From Alphaproteobacteria bacterium (GTDB lineage Bacteria; Pseudomonadota; Alphaproteobacteria; Rickettsiales; JADKJE01), in contig JADKJE010000004.1 in NCBI GenBank assembly GCA_016722515.1, forward strand, positions 7,544 through 71,543: a DNA stretch of 64,000 bases. The letters are read 5' to 3'. How positions within the stretch are numbered: the first letter of the stretch is position 1; each line of letters begins with the position of its first letter. A model generated the notes under the pieces. That model saw only the letters and a program-made list of their open reading frames with translations, was not told the origin of the DNA and did no database searches. The position numbers and the translations under genes are program-made. Below are positions 27,320-36,932 of the stretch, piece by piece.

Positions 27320-28416
27320 GCTAGTTCATCTTTCCATCGCACAATGCCGCCAGTGATGTGGGCAACGTCTCTGAAGCCCAGCGCGACAAGATGAGATGCC
27401 GCCGAGAAACTGCGTATGCCATGCTGACAATAGACGATCACGGGAGTGTCTGAAGTAATATCGCCCACCGAATCTTCGTTGGATAGCAATGTGCCAAGCG
27501 GTATATGCATCGCCTTTGGAATCCTGCCTGATGCCAGCTCATGTGCCTCGCGCACATCAATAAACACCGCTTTACCCATCCGTTTTGCCGCATCTTCTGC
27601 GCTGATATTTTTTACGTCCGTCTTCGCCGCACAACTTTCTTCTGCCTGCTCGAGCACAATATCGCTCGGATTAGCCGAGCATACGGCACATTGATGCCGT
27701 TTATTAAGTTTAAGCGTTTTAGTCTGCATGCTGCGTGCATCGAGTATCCAGAGCGTACCCAGCAGCGGCTCCAGATTTTTTTCTTTGCACCACTCCAAGC
27801 CCAGCGCCATTTTAATGGCTTCAAGCGCCTGCACGGTTCCGGCGATGCCTGCCATTGCACCAATCACTCCCGCCTCGGCGCAGTTGGGAATATGGCCGCT
27901 TGGAGGTTTGGGATACAAACAACGATAACATGGCCCATGACCAGCCCAGAACACCGACACCTGCGCTACAAAGCCCAGTATCGAGCCGTAAACCAGTGGC
28001 TTGCCAAACTTCACGCAAGCATCGTTAATCAGAAACTTACTGCTGAAATTATCCGTGCCGTCGATAATGACATCATAATTTTTCAGTAACGCTTCTGCAT
28101 TCTCTGCACTGAATCGCTCAAAATACGCCTCAATCTGACATTCGGAATTCAGCTCGGCCAGTGCCGCCTTCGCCGCCTCTACCTTCGGCTTTCCCTGATC
28201 GGCTTCCTTAAATAACACCTGCCGTTGCAGGTTGCTGATATCCACCGCGTCATCATCCACCAGCCCAATGCAGCCAATGCCCGCCGCCGCCAGATAAAGC
28301 AACGCAGGCGAGCCAAGCCCACCCGCGCCGATGCATAGCACCGAGGCGGATTTCAGACGTTCCTGTCCTTCTTGTCCCATTTCGGGAAGGACTGTTTGAC
28401 GAGCATAACGGTTCAT
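27316..28416 (-). CDS. moeB: MoeB/ThiF-type adenylyltransferase with C-terminal rhodanese domain (MoaD activation/sulfuration)
   Basis: 366 aa; YARQTVLPEMGQEGQERL...CIGAGGLGSP nucleotide fold, CxxC pairs, and a rhodanese-like tail ...VIVYCQHGIRS. Confidence 0.85.
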   Translation of the reverse strand: MNRYARQTVLPEMGQEGQERLKSASVLCIGAGGLGSPALLYLAAAGIGCIGLVDDDAVDISNLQRQVLFKEADQGKPKVEAAKAALAELNSECQIEAYFERFSAENAEALLKNYDVIIDGTDNFSSKFLINDACVKFGKPLVYGSILGFVAQVSVFWAGHGPCYRCLYPKPPSGHIPNCAEAGVIGAMAGIAGTVQALEAIKMALGLEWCKEKNLEPLLGTLWILDARSMQTKTLKLNKRHQCAVCSANPSDIVLEQAEESCAAKTDVKNISAEDAAKRMGKAVFIDVREAHELASGRIPKAMHIPLGTLLSNEDSVGDITSDTPVIVYCQHGIRSFSAASHLVALGFRDVAHITGGIVRWKDELA

Positions 28417-28450
28417 ATCCTCACGTTAGAATTCTGGAAGATTCTGGTGA

Positions 28451-28464
28451 TTGATCTGGGTCAA
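28451..28464. promoter_or_regulatory. FNR-like box TTGAT-CTGG-GTCAA
   Basis: One mismatch. The centre is only about 42 nt from the moeB ATG, so its function is uncertain. Confidence 0.4.
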
Positions 28465-28547
28465 CACAATTGAACGAACTAGAAATCAGAAAGCAACCAA
28501 CTCGTTAACCTCTTGTTAACCAAAGGTTGCATTCTCACTGAAAACAG

Positions 28548-28561
28548 TTGATCTGAATCAA
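28548..28561. promoter_or_regulatory. perfect FNR/Dnr box TTGAT-CTGA-ATCAA upstream of the RIC gene
   Basis: Perfect consensus match. The centre is 62 nt upstream of the ATG at 28616. Confidence 0.65.
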
Positions 28562-28615
28562 TCCACAAACGCCACGAACTCCATAGGCTTGAATTAACAA
28601 TAGGGAGTTTTGGCT

Positions 28616-29167
28616 ATGCTGCACGCACACACATCGAATCAACCTGCACCTCAGCAACACCCGCGAGACTGGGCGAAAGCAACTGATAAAGAACTCATTG
28701 CCCATGTGCTGGAGCGTTATCATGTCAGGCACCGTGAGCAGTTACCAGAGTTGATTGGACTGGCCGAGAAGGTAGAGCGCGTACATGCCGAGCATCCGGA
28801 TGTGCCTGTTGGCTTAGCAGCGCATCTCGTGGATATGCTGCAGGAATTGGAAAGTCATATGCAGAAGGAAGAGCACATCCTGTTTCCCATGATTCTGCGT
28901 GGTCAGAAAAACATGGCTGTTGGCCCCATCTCCGTGATGGAATCCGAGCATGTTCAGCACATGGAGGCACTTCAGAAAATGCTGATGCTTGCCCATCAAC
29001 TTCAATTTCCAGAGGCTGCATGTAACAGCTGGCGTACACTTTATGCAGGTGTTGGCGAATTACGCGATGATCTGATGGAGCATATCCGATTGGAAAATGA
29101 GTTCCTCTTCAAACAAAGCGCCAGCAGCGCCGAGCATGGTTGCTGCGGCGGGTGCGGCGGCAGGTGA
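28616..29167 (+). CDS. ytfE: iron-sulfur cluster repair di-iron protein (RIC; YtfE/DnrN/NorA family) with Cys/Gly C-terminal tail
   Basis: ATG at 28616 with GGGAG upstream. Hemerythrin-like repeats ...HVRHREQLPEL...HMQKEEHILFPM...; tail EHGCCGGCGGR. Confidence 0.8.
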   Translation: MLHAHTSNQPAPQQHPRDWAKATDKELIAHVLERYHVRHREQLPELIGLAEKVERVHAEHPDVPVGLAAHLVDMLQELESHMQKEEHILFPMILRGQKNMAVGPISVMESEHVQHMEALQKMLMLAHQLQFPEAACNSWRTLYAGVGELRDDLMEHIRLENEFLFKQSASSAEHGCCGGCGGR

Positions 29168-29170
29168 TCT

Positions 29171-29692
29171 ATGAGCAGAAGCCAGAGCTTGACAGGAGTT
29201 GAGCGTACATTCGCTAAGAATGAGGTGATTGTCAGCAAGACTGACACCAAAGGCATCATCACCTATGCCAATGAGGTTTTCTTGAAACTGGCGGATTATA
29301 GCCTTCAGGAGATTCTTGGAAAACCACATAATGTCATACGACATCCAGATATGCCGAAACTGGTCTATAAACTGCTCTGGGAGCGCGTTAAAAGCGGCAA
29401 AGAGATATTTGCCTATGTGGTGAATCGCTCAAGGAATGGCGATCATTACTGGGTGTTCGCGCACATCACTCCATCGTTTGATGCCGCAAAGAATATCGTC
29501 GGCGCACATTCAAATCGTCGCTGCCCAGACAGACAAGCGATTCAAACGATCACCCCGATTTATCAACTATTGAAACAGGAAGAAGAAAAACACCCCATGG
29601 CAAAAGACGGCATGGCGGCTTCACTTGCTCTGCTCAACTCTGTCCTTGCTGAGAAAGGAGTCAGCTATGATGAATTTATCCTCTCTCTCTAA
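29171..29692 (+). CDS. stand-alone Aer-type PAS (FAD-binding) domain protein
   Basis: 173 aa; [74 protein letters not shown] matches the Aer PAS core. Confidence 0.85.
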   Translation: MSRSQSLTGVERTFAKNEVIVSKTDTKGIITYANEVFLKLADYSLQEILGKPHNVIRHPDMPKLVYKLLWERVKSGKEIFAYVVNRSRNGDHYWVFAHITPSFDAAKNIVGAHSNRRCPDRQAIQTITPIYQLLKQEEEKHPMAKDGMAASLALLNSVLAEKGVSYDEFILSL

Positions 29693-30959
29693 AACGGGGT
29701 GGCTTGGCATTTTATCAACCATCGCTATTGTGATTGCACTGTTTCAGACCAACTATGCCGCGCCGCTGCTAAGCGTCGCCGTCATTCTTCTGGGAGCGCA
29801 AGCCTATTACATACACAAGATGAAAGTGATGGCGCATGTGATCGCTGAGATTACGGGGCGGTGCGCAGCGGGGGATATGGAATCACGCATTCTGCTACCC
29901 AAAGAACGCGGCGATCTGGCTAACATGATCAGCCGCATTAACGACAGCATCGACATGGCTGATGCCTATGTGCGTGAATCGCTGGCGACACTGGAACATG
30001 CAGCAGAGGAAAAATACTACCGCAAAATCGTGCTGGTGGGCATGGATGGCTGCTATAAAAATGGTGCCGAAATCATGAATGGCGGCATGGATGCCATTCG
30101 CCGCAATATGATTCGCTCCGTACAGAAAGCAGCGAATAAACTCGAGGAAACCGTAAAGAAGACGGCGAATGATCTCGCCGCCTCCACACGCCAGCTGCAA
30201 GCAATGTCGGATATGCTATCCACTGTTGCGGAAAAAAGCTCTACGCAGGCAGCCGGTCTTACCAATGCCAGTGATGACGCTTCCAGAAACGTAAGCACCG
30301 TCGCGGCGGCTGTGGAAGAGCTATCCGCGTCGATTGGAGAAATTAATCAGCAAATCAACCAATCCAGCACGATTGCACGTCAGGCAACGGATAAAGCAAC
30401 ACAGACGAATACGGTGCTTGCCAACCTGACCACCGGCGCGGAGAAAATTGGCGGGATTATTGACATGATTAACGGGATTGCTGGCCAGATTAATCTTTTG
30501 GCTCTCAACGCAACCATTGAGTCTGCTCGCGCGGGAGAAGCTGGCAAGGGCTTTGCAGTTGTCGCCTCTGAAGTAAAAACGCTTGCGAACCAGACCACAA
30601 AAGCAACCGTTGAAATCACTGAATATATTAATGCAACACGCGAAGCTATTCACCAGACCACGGCATCGGTAAGAGAAATCGCGACTGTAGTACAAAAAGT
30701 CGATGAAATCGCCACCGCCATCGCCGCAGCTATGGAAGAGCAAACAGCAGCCACGCGAGAAATATCAAACTCGATTCAAAAGACGGCCCAGAATACTGCA
30801 CAGGTTTCAAGCGCAGTGAGTGATATGTCCCTTGCTGCACAACAAACAGGAACGGCAGCAAAAGACATGAAACAGTCGTCTTCGGATTTGACGGCGCAGT
30901 CTGGGGTATTACACCGCGAGATTGATAGTTTTATCGCTGAAATTCAGAATGCTGCTTAG
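29667..30959 (+). CDS. methyl-accepting chemotaxis protein (TM hairpin + signalling domain)
   Basis: ORF 29625..30959. ATG at 29667 with AAGGAG 6 nt upstream. Two N-terminal TM segments; the conserved MCP hairpin [33 protein letters not shown]. Confidence 0.85.
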   Translation: MMNLSSLSKTGWLGILSTIAIVIALFQTNYAAPLLSVAVILLGAQAYYIHKMKVMAHVIAEITGRCAAGDMESRILLPKERGDLANMISRINDSIDMADAYVRESLATLEHAAEEKYYRKIVLVGMDGCYKNGAEIMNGGMDAIRRNMIRSVQKAANKLEETVKKTANDLAASTRQLQAMSDMLSTVAEKSSTQAAGLTNASDDASRNVSTVAAAVEELSASIGEINQQINQSSTIARQATDKATQTNTVLANLTTGAEKIGGIIDMINGIAGQINLLALNATIESARAGEAGKGFAVVASEVKTLANQTTKATVEITEYINATREAIHQTTASVREIATVVQKVDEIATAIAAAMEEQTAATREISNSIQKTAQNTAQVSSAVSDMSLAAQQTGTAAKDMKQSSSDLTAQSGVLHREIDSFIAEIQNAA

Positions 30960-30962
30960 CTC

Positions 30963-31610
30963 CTAAAGGCCACCTAGTGGGTTAACACCTAATAAGTGCT
31001 CGTGGAGTAGCAGTGCACATCCATACAGAGCCAAACTGACGACAACTCTCACAAAACCTATCTCCTTGAAGGCACTTACGATAGTGTCTCTTGGCATCTT
31101 CACGCATGGGATAATGGAGGTGTTTTTAAGCAATGCTGGGGATGATTGCTTCATCTGCAGGGTATTTTTAACCATCGCAAAAACCGCAATGACAAGCATG
31201 CACACAAACAGCAGGACGCGTTTTGTATCTCCAATGCTTAAGAGGTGTAGCAACGCCCAAAGCACAATCCCAACGCTTCCCGGAAAGCGACTCACGCGGT
31301 AAATACCATATGGCACCGATGTTTTTGGGTATGGCGAACTAATGCGGCAAACCATAAAGAAAAAGGCAATCAGCATGCAGACAACGACCCATGGCCTTAT
31401 GGCCAATGCCGGCTCATAAAGCGGTATATAGTCATCAAACTGCTGGTAGCTGTGAATCACCGCAAACAATGCGGCCAAGGAAATAGCGGAATACAGCGTA
31501 TAAAAAACTGGTTTGGGAAAGAAGCCGACCAGCTTTTTTCTGACCTGCGGCCATGAGAGTAGCGCATGTGATAAAAAGAGTAGCGTAAGGCTGATGATAT
31601 AGTGTGTCAT
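30963..31610 (-). CDS. NnrU-like membrane protein (tentative)
   Basis: 215-aa polytopic ORF. Its N-terminal pattern and denitrification context suggest the NnrU family, but the assignment is weak. Confidence 0.4.
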   Translation of the reverse strand: MTHYIISLTLLFLSHALLSWPQVRKKLVGFFPKPVFYTLYSAISLAALFAVIHSYQQFDDYIPLYEPALAIRPWVVVCMLIAFFFMVCRISSPYPKTSVPYGIYRVSRFPGSVGIVLWALLHLLSIGDTKRVLLFVCMLVIAVFAMVKNTLQMKQSSPALLKNTSIIPCVKMPRDTIVSAFKEIGFVRVVVSLALYGCALLLHEHLLGVNPLGGL

Positions 31611-31643
31611 GGCGATAAATTAGTCGATTCTAGGGGCTTGCAT

Positions 31644-31657
31644 TTGACCTGCATCAG
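31644..31657. promoter_or_regulatory. degenerate FNR-like box TTGAC-CTGC-ATCAG
   Basis: Two mismatches; lies between the divergent nnrU-like gene and tauE. Low confidence. Confidence 0.25.
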
Positions 31658-31713
31658 TTTTTATTCTGTGCTGCTATGCAATATAGCCTACGAAAAAACA
31701 TAAAAGAAACACC

Positions 31714-32457
31714 ATGACACCAGAAGAACTCATTCTTACCGCTCTGATTTTTATCGCTGCTACGCTTTATTCCAGCGTGGGTCATGCAGGAGCATCCGGC
31801 TATCTGGCGGCGATGGCCTTGTTCGGGCTTGCCCCCGAAACCATGCGCCCCACCGCTCTTGCGCTGAATGTACTGGTGGCCTCACTTGCAACCTATCGCT
31901 ACGCGCGCGCAGGCCAAAATGACTTGAAGCTGCTGATACCATTTGTGGTGGCCTCCATACCCGCTGCGTTTGTCGGAGGGATGATCCATATACCACCTGC
32001 TTTTTATAAACCTCTGATTGGAATCATATTACTACTCTCGGCATTTCAACTTTTACGTACTGCTAAAACATCAAAACAAAAAGATCGGAAGGTGCAGCGA
32101 CCTCCGCTTGCAGCATCACTCGCCACAGGCGCAGGACTTGGGTTGCTTGCGGGACTAAGCGGCACAGGTGGCGGCATTTTCCTTAGCCCATTGCTGTTAT
32201 TCATGGGCTGGGCACCTACGCGCAATGTGTCGGGAGTTGCAGCCAGTTTTATTCTCGTTAATTCTATTTCGGGACTTCTTGGGAATATATCTTCGCTTCA
32301 GGCTTTGCCATCAGCACTTTCGGTGTGGGCAGGCGCAGTGCTGCTTGGTGGACTTGTAGGCACACAGCTTGGCACACGCACTCTTACCATCCCAGGCATC
32401 CGCATCATGCTGGCGCTGGTATTGGTGATAGCGGGTGGGAAGATGCTTCTGGCATAA
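31714..32457 (+). CDS. TauE/SafE (DUF81) family anion exporter
   Basis: 247-aa membrane ORF with a duplicated 4-TM organisation and Gly-rich motifs typical of the family. Confidence 0.75.
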   Translation: MTPEELILTALIFIAATLYSSVGHAGASGYLAAMALFGLAPETMRPTALALNVLVASLATYRYARAGQNDLKLLIPFVVASIPAAFVGGMIHIPPAFYKPLIGIILLLSAFQLLRTAKTSKQKDRKVQRPPLAASLATGAGLGLLAGLSGTGGGIFLSPLLLFMGWAPTRNVSGVAASFILVNSISGLLGNISSLQALPSALSVWAGAVLLGGLVGTQLGTRTLTIPGIRIMLALVLVIAGGKMLLA

Positions 32458-32460
32458 AAA

Positions 32461-32483
32461 GCCCCGCAAGAAGGCGGGGTTTA
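32461..32483. terminator. bidirectional rho-independent terminator between tauE and nsrR
   Basis: AAAAA-GCCCCGC-AAGAAG-GCGGGG-TTTAAAATT: a 6-bp GC stem flanked by an A-run and a T-run. Confidence 0.65.
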
Positions 32484-32540
32484 AAATTAATACAAAAAAC
32501 ACTTTCCGCTGATCTTCGTCGGATGAGTCCTCCAAGTTTT

Positions 32541-32966
32541 TTACCGACAGCCCACAACCGATTGGTTGCTTATCACCACGTCATCCAGCGTATGCTGGTC
32601 AAGTGTGTTAATAAAAACCTTGCTTGCATCTGCCAGAAAATGCTTCAGCTTACAAGCGCTGACGACCGTGCATGTATTGGCTGCACGGTTGAAGCATTCC
32701 ACCAGATACATGTTCGGCTCCAGTGCGAGAACAAGATCGCCTAAGCATAGTTCTTGAGGTTTACACGCCAGTCGAATGCCGCCGCCTTTGCCTTTGCTGC
32801 TGGTAACGTAGCCAAGCTGGGCAAGGCGATGCGCCACCTTCACCAGATGGTTTCTGGAGATGGCGTAATGCTCGGCTATTTCACGCACGCTGCATAATCT
32901 ATCCGGCTGGGCGGCCAGATACATCAGGCTTCGCAAGCCGTAATCGGTAAATTGGGTGAGTTGCAT
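32541..32966 (-). CDS. nsrR: Rrf2-family NO-sensing repressor
   Basis: 141 aa; MQLTQFTDYGLRSLMYLA..., three C-terminal Cys (ECFNRAANTCTVVSAC). It is divergent from hmp. Confidence 0.85.
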   Translation of the reverse strand: MQLTQFTDYGLRSLMYLAAQPDRLCSVREIAEHYAISRNHLVKVAHRLAQLGYVTSSKGKGGGIRLACKPQELCLGDLVLALEPNMYLVECFNRAANTCTVVSACKLKHFLADASKVFINTLDQHTLDDVVISNQSVVGCR

Positions 32967-33002
32967 AATCGCCTTGTAAATATCTGAGAAGTGATCATAA
33001 CC

Positions 33003-33029
33003 ATAATATGTATTTTATCTACATATTAT
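33003..33029. promoter_or_regulatory. putative NsrR operator: perfect 10-bp inverted repeat ATAATATGTA-N7-TACATATTAT
   Basis: Read directly from the sequence. It is AT-rich with ATGTAT/ATACAT half sites like known NsrR sites. It lies 13 nt upstream of the hmp ATG, in the nsrR-hmp divergent region. Confidence 0.7.
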
Positions 33030-33041
33030 AAAGGAGATGCC

Positions 33042-34262
33042 ATGTTAGACGAAAAAACCATTGCGATTGTTAAATCCACCGCACCCGTGCTGGCCGAGCA
33101 TGGTGAAACCCTGACGCGGCATTTTTACAAGCGTATGTTCGCGCATAATCCGGAAGTAGCCCCGTTTTTTAATCCGGCGAATCAAACCGCAGGCAAACAG
33201 CAACGCGCCTTAGCTGGCGCGATTACGGCATATGCCGCTAACATAGACAATCTGGAAGTATTGGGTAGCGCAGTAGAGCTAATCGCACAAAAGCACGCAT
33301 CGTTGATGATTAAGCCAGAGCATTACCCGATTGTGGGGGAAAACCTGCTTGCATCCATTCGCGAAGTGCTAGGCGAAGCAGCAACGGATGACATTATCAA
33401 CGCATGGGCTGCTGCCTATGGTTTCCTTGCCGACATTCTGATTGGTCGTGAAAAACAAATTTATGATGAAAACGCCAAAAAGCCGGGTGGATGGGAAGGC
33501 TTTAAGTCATTCCGAGTGAGTCGTAAGGAAAAAGAAAGCAGCAACATTACCTCGTTCTATCTGGTTGCCGCCGACGGCGCACCGCTTCCTGCATTCAAGC
33601 CGGGGCAATATATCACCGTGCGGGTCAAAACCCCGGATGGCCAAACCACCATGCGTAATTACAGCCTGTCTGACAAACCGGATCAGCCGCATTTCCGCAT
33701 CAGCGTGAAACGCGAGCTTCCGCCTGAAGCAAACACGCCAGCCGGTTATGTTTCCAACATGCTGCACGACAAAGTGGAACCGGGCGATACGATTGAACTC
33801 GCGCCGCCGTGCGGGGAGTTCTTCCTCGATGTAACCGAGAAGCACGAACGCCCATTGGTACTGCTTGCCGCTGGCGTTGGCATTACGCCGATCATGAGCA
33901 TTTTGCTTTCGGCGCTGGAGGCATTTCCTAAACGCGACATCATTTTCGTCCATGCCGTGTTGAACGAAAGCGTGCAGGCTTTTGGCAAAACGGTGGATAC
34001 GCTTGCACAGCAGCACGCAAATCTGAAAATCTATCATCGCTACAGTGATGCCGGAGAACGTACAGGCAATGCCAGTACCGGCTTTGTCACTGCGGAGTAT
34101 ATCGAAGGGTTATTGCCAGCGCGGGATGCGGACTATTATTTCTGCGGACCACAGCCCTTCATGGTGTCCATCTATCACGACCTGATAAAATGGGGCATCC
34201 CGGCATCGCAGGTGCATTTCGAGTTCTTCGGACCGCGTCAGGAACTGGAAAAGGCTGCTTAG
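33042..34262 (+). CDS. hmp: flavohaemoglobin (NO dioxygenase)
   Basis: ATG at 33042 after AAGGAG. MLDEKTIAIVKSTAPVLAEHGETLTRHFYKRMFAHNPEV is collinear with E. coli Hmp. The FAD/NAD reductase domain follows. Confidence 0.95.
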   Translation: MLDEKTIAIVKSTAPVLAEHGETLTRHFYKRMFAHNPEVAPFFNPANQTAGKQQRALAGAITAYAANIDNLEVLGSAVELIAQKHASLMIKPEHYPIVGENLLASIREVLGEAATDDIINAWAAAYGFLADILIGREKQIYDENAKKPGGWEGFKSFRVSRKEKESSNITSFYLVAADGAPLPAFKPGQYITVRVKTPDGQTTMRNYSLSDKPDQPHFRISVKRELPPEANTPAGYVSNMLHDKVEPGDTIELAPPCGEFFLDVTEKHERPLVLLAAGVGITPIMSILLSALEAFPKRDIIFVHAVLNESVQAFGKTVDTLAQQHANLKIYHRYSDAGERTGNASTGFVTAEYIEGLLPARDADYYFCGPQPFMVSIYHDLIKWGIPASQVHFEFFGPRQELEKAA

Positions 34263-34306
34263 AAGCGGTTAAAGCTGGCTAGGTTGTGGGTTTAATACCG
34301 CACTTG

Positions 34307-34747
34307 CTATGATGCGTAATGCTTGGTCTCTGCCTGTCTCCGCTTTACCAGCCCGCGCAGCTTCTTCCTGCCAGCCCAGACCCAGCGTAGAAATTCGGCT
34401 GGCACGTCATCATGTTCTTCGCGGTTTACTTTGCGGCGGAGGGTGGAGCGTTGGAGCGCCCCACCGCCCAGATTGAACGTGAATGACACCAGCGCATCGA
34501 ACTGGCCGTTGGTGAGTGGCACGGTGATCAGGCGCAGCACCGAACGCTCGGCGGCTTCCACATCCTTGTTCAATAACGCGATAGCAGCCTCGTGGCTGAT
34601 ACCGCGCCGAAACATCTCCGCTTCATTCGGACGCAGCAAATGCCCGTAGCCAATCGTGGGCAGGCCTGCCGCATCCACATAGATCGTCGGAGAAAAGCCT
34701 TCGAAGCGCTTAATCAGGCTCAGGCCTTCTTGTGTGACGTGTCTCAT
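34307..34747 (-). CDS. phage endolysin, GH24 (T4/lambda-type lysozyme)
   Basis: 146 aa; EGFSPTIYVDAAGLPTIGYGH shows the E-8-D-5-T catalytic spacing. Confidence 0.9.
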   Translation of the reverse strand: MRHVTQEGLSLIKRFEGFSPTIYVDAAGLPTIGYGHLLRPNEAEMFRRGISHEAAIALLNKDVEAAERSVLRLITVPLTNGQFDALVSFTFNLGGGALQRSTLRRKVNREEHDDVPAEFLRWVWAGRKKLRGLVKRRQAETKHYAS

Positions 34748-35169
34748 TTCCCACCCCGAACTTTAGCCATAGCGCGTTGGCCGAAATAAAAGCTGATGAT
34801 GCCTGCGAAAATCGCCTGGTCTTCAGCCGTCCATAGCAACCACGGAAGATCTGCCGAAAACTGCATCACCTTCACCAGCGCATAGAGAATGAAGAAGCTG
34901 TAAGCGATGACGGGGCGCACGGTGCCGTTGAGTGCGTCCACCCAGCGAATGCCTGTGTTGTACGTCCGATAAAGAGCTTGGGATTCGGCGATGTCGGCGT
35001 TCACTTGGATTTCTTCCAGCCGCTGGGAAGCCCCGAGCTTCTGCTGCTCCATCTGCATCTCTAAGATTTTAAGCTCGTGCTTGCGATCCTGCGCGTCGCG
35101 GAACAGTTTTAAGAAATCAGGAAAGGCTGCAGACAGGAAGCCGAGTAAAGAACCGAGTAGCGTAATCAT
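34744..35169 (-). CDS. holin (GTA-type 3-TM holin family, tentative)
   Basis: ORF 34744..35238. ATG at 35169 preceded by GGAGG. It has an N-terminal TM, a coiled region and C-terminal TMs, and it overlaps the lysozyme start. Confidence 0.6.
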   Translation of the reverse strand: MITLLGSLLGFLSAAFPDFLKLFRDAQDRKHELKILEMQMEQQKLGASQRLEEIQVNADIAESQALYRTYNTGIRWVDALNGTVRPVIAYSFFILYALVKVMQFSADLPWLLWTAEDQAIFAGIISFYFGQRAMAKVRGGK

Positions 35170-35180
35170 AAGAACCTCCA

Positions 35181-35408
35181 TTATTTCCAGGAAAGATGAC
35201 CAGCGGCGAAGCTGAGAAAGGCCACCAAGCCCGTCCATAAGCCGCCAACGATCAACAGCGTGCGCAGGCTGCCCTTGCCCTGGTTGGCCAGCGCGGTGAG
35301 CGACTTCACTTCCTCTGCCAACACATCAACCGTTTTGGTGAGTGTTTGGATCTGCGCATTCATCACAGCCAGCTGTGAGCGCACATCAATATCGTCGCTT
35401 GGTGACAT
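35181..35408 (-). CDS. small coiled-coil / C-terminal TM protein of the lysis cassette
   Basis: 75-aa ORF with the hydrophobic tail LLIVGGLWTGLVAFLSFAAG. It is the first gene after the terminator at 35432-35455. Confidence 0.4.
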   Translation of the reverse strand: MSPSDDIDVRSQLAVMNAQIQTLTKTVDVLAEEVKSLTALANQGKGSLRTLLIVGGLWTGLVAFLSFAAGHLSWK

Positions 35409-35431
35409 GGTTCCTCCTTAAGTTTGGGCAT

Positions 35432-35455
35432 AAAAAAACCGCCTCAAAGGGCGGT
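35432..35455 (-). terminator. rho-independent terminator between the fibre genes and the lysis cassette
   Basis: Minus strand: ACCGCC-CTTTGA-GGCGGT followed by TTTTTTT. Confidence 0.65.
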
Positions 35456-35503
35456 GTTTCATTTTGGGATTTGTGGGTGTCTTGGGGGTATTTTGAGAAG
35501 TTT

Positions 35504-36931
35504 TTACTCAAAATAGCCGTTGATCATCACCAACCCACGGATGATCTGGGATGCGGTGGCGGTTGCCACCGGTATGCGAAGGATGACATGGGCAAAAGTG
35601 CCTGCCGCCACATAGAGCGGTGCATCAAGGTTCACGTCGATGGGTGTTAATGCGCCACCAATCGGCGTTCCCACCGGCATGGACTGGATACCCAGCGGCA
35701 CCCGGCGCGGCGAGCGTGTGCCTGCGGTGTTGGAATCCGCTGTGGCAAGCGACACGGCGGTGGAGCCAATGCCCAATGCCCATTGTAAAAGCGTGGGTGT
35801 GGTGGCAGAAGCCGCGCCCATATTGAAAGTTTCAATCCGCACCCCACGGATCACCAGATTGCGGTTGCCGCCACCGGCTGCCGCTACTGGAACCTGAAAG
35901 GCAAAGAGCGCGTAATCGGTTTCCGCACCGGCCACGGCTGCAAACTGAAACTGGCCGCCCAGCGTGGTGTAGCCCGCCGCCGTATTGGAAAGCGTGGCGG
36001 ATACCGGCGCTGCGCTGTTGGCATAGTTGGCAGACTGCGCCACCGCTGCGCCGCGTGGGTTGTTGTAGCTGCCACACTCTGCGCCAGCCATTGCCGTAGG
36101 CCAGAGGCGGTTTAGTGCCAGATCACGGGCAATCACCGATACATCGGCCACTTCCATGCGCTGAGCGGTGCCGGTTGCGGCGGCATTGTAGCAGCGCATG
36201 AGCAGCGGCTGCCAGCGTGACAGCGATACGGCGGCGGCAGTATTTGGTGACAGGATCACGCCTTCTAATACCCCGTCGATAAAGAACTCGATCCGATCCT
36301 GATCAATCACGATGCGGTAGTGGCTCACTTGTCCGGCCACGGGCGAAGGCATCGGCGCGGTGGTTGTTTCCGTGCCGTTGATATTCATCACGCCCACCAG
36401 CACGCCAGCGGTGTTGAGTTTGAAATATACCCCATCCGTTGGCGTGGCAGTCGTTGCGGCAAAACCAACACCGAACTCGCAGACATTGTTGGCGATGGGA
36501 TTATTGGCAAAGCGCTGCCTGAAGGCAACTTCCAGTGATCCTGCCGGATGCAGTGGGAAAGTTCGGAAGGTTTGCGCCCGTGCTACCGCTGCCGATGCGA
36601 CCGAGTTACCAGCATTTAGCACCAGAAAGCCGCCTGTCATGGCGATGGTGGCCGTCACGCTGACAAATTGATAGGCACTGCCATCCACCACCGTGTGATT
36701 GAAGGTATCCGCCCAGTAGATATTATCCACGCCCACGCGCAGGCGGCCATCGGTTGAAACCCGTGCGGCACGAACCAGTCGCGGCTCGCCGCTTTGCCCA
36801 TCGTGAGATTCCCCGGCAAGCACCGAGTAGCCAGCATCCACCAGCTCCATCGGCAGGTTGATCTTCAGACGTTTATTGGCGTCCACCGATGCAAGATCGG
36901 CAGAATCACCCGATTTGAGAATGATGCTCAT
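35504..36931 (-). CDS. phage structural protein, probable distal fibre / receptor-binding protein
   Basis: 475-aa ORF, the last gene of the tail/fibre operon. The call rests on position and a Gly/Ala/Thr-rich beta-type composition only. Confidence 0.4.
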   Translation of the reverse strand: MSIILKSGDSADLASVDANKRLKINLPMELVDAGYSVLAGESHDGQSGEPRLVRAARVSTDGRLRVGVDNIYWADTFNHTVVDGSAYQFVSVTATIAMTGGFLVLNAGNSVASAAVARAQTFRTFPLHPAGSLEVAFRQRFANNPIANNVCEFGVGFAATTATPTDGVYFKLNTAGVLVGVMNINGTETTTAPMPSPVAGQVSHYRIVIDQDRIEFFIDGVLEGVILSPNTAAAVSLSRWQPLLMRCYNAAATGTAQRMEVADVSVIARDLALNRLWPTAMAGAECGSYNNPRGAAVAQSANYANSAAPVSATLSNTAAGYTTLGGQFQFAAVAGAETDYALFAFQVPVAAAGGGNRNLVIRGVRIETFNMGAASATTPTLLQWALGIGSTAVSLATADSNTAGTRSPRRVPLGIQSMPVGTPIGGALTPIDVNLDAPLYVAAGTFAHVILRIPVATATASQIIRGLVMINGYFE

Positions 36932-36932
36932 G

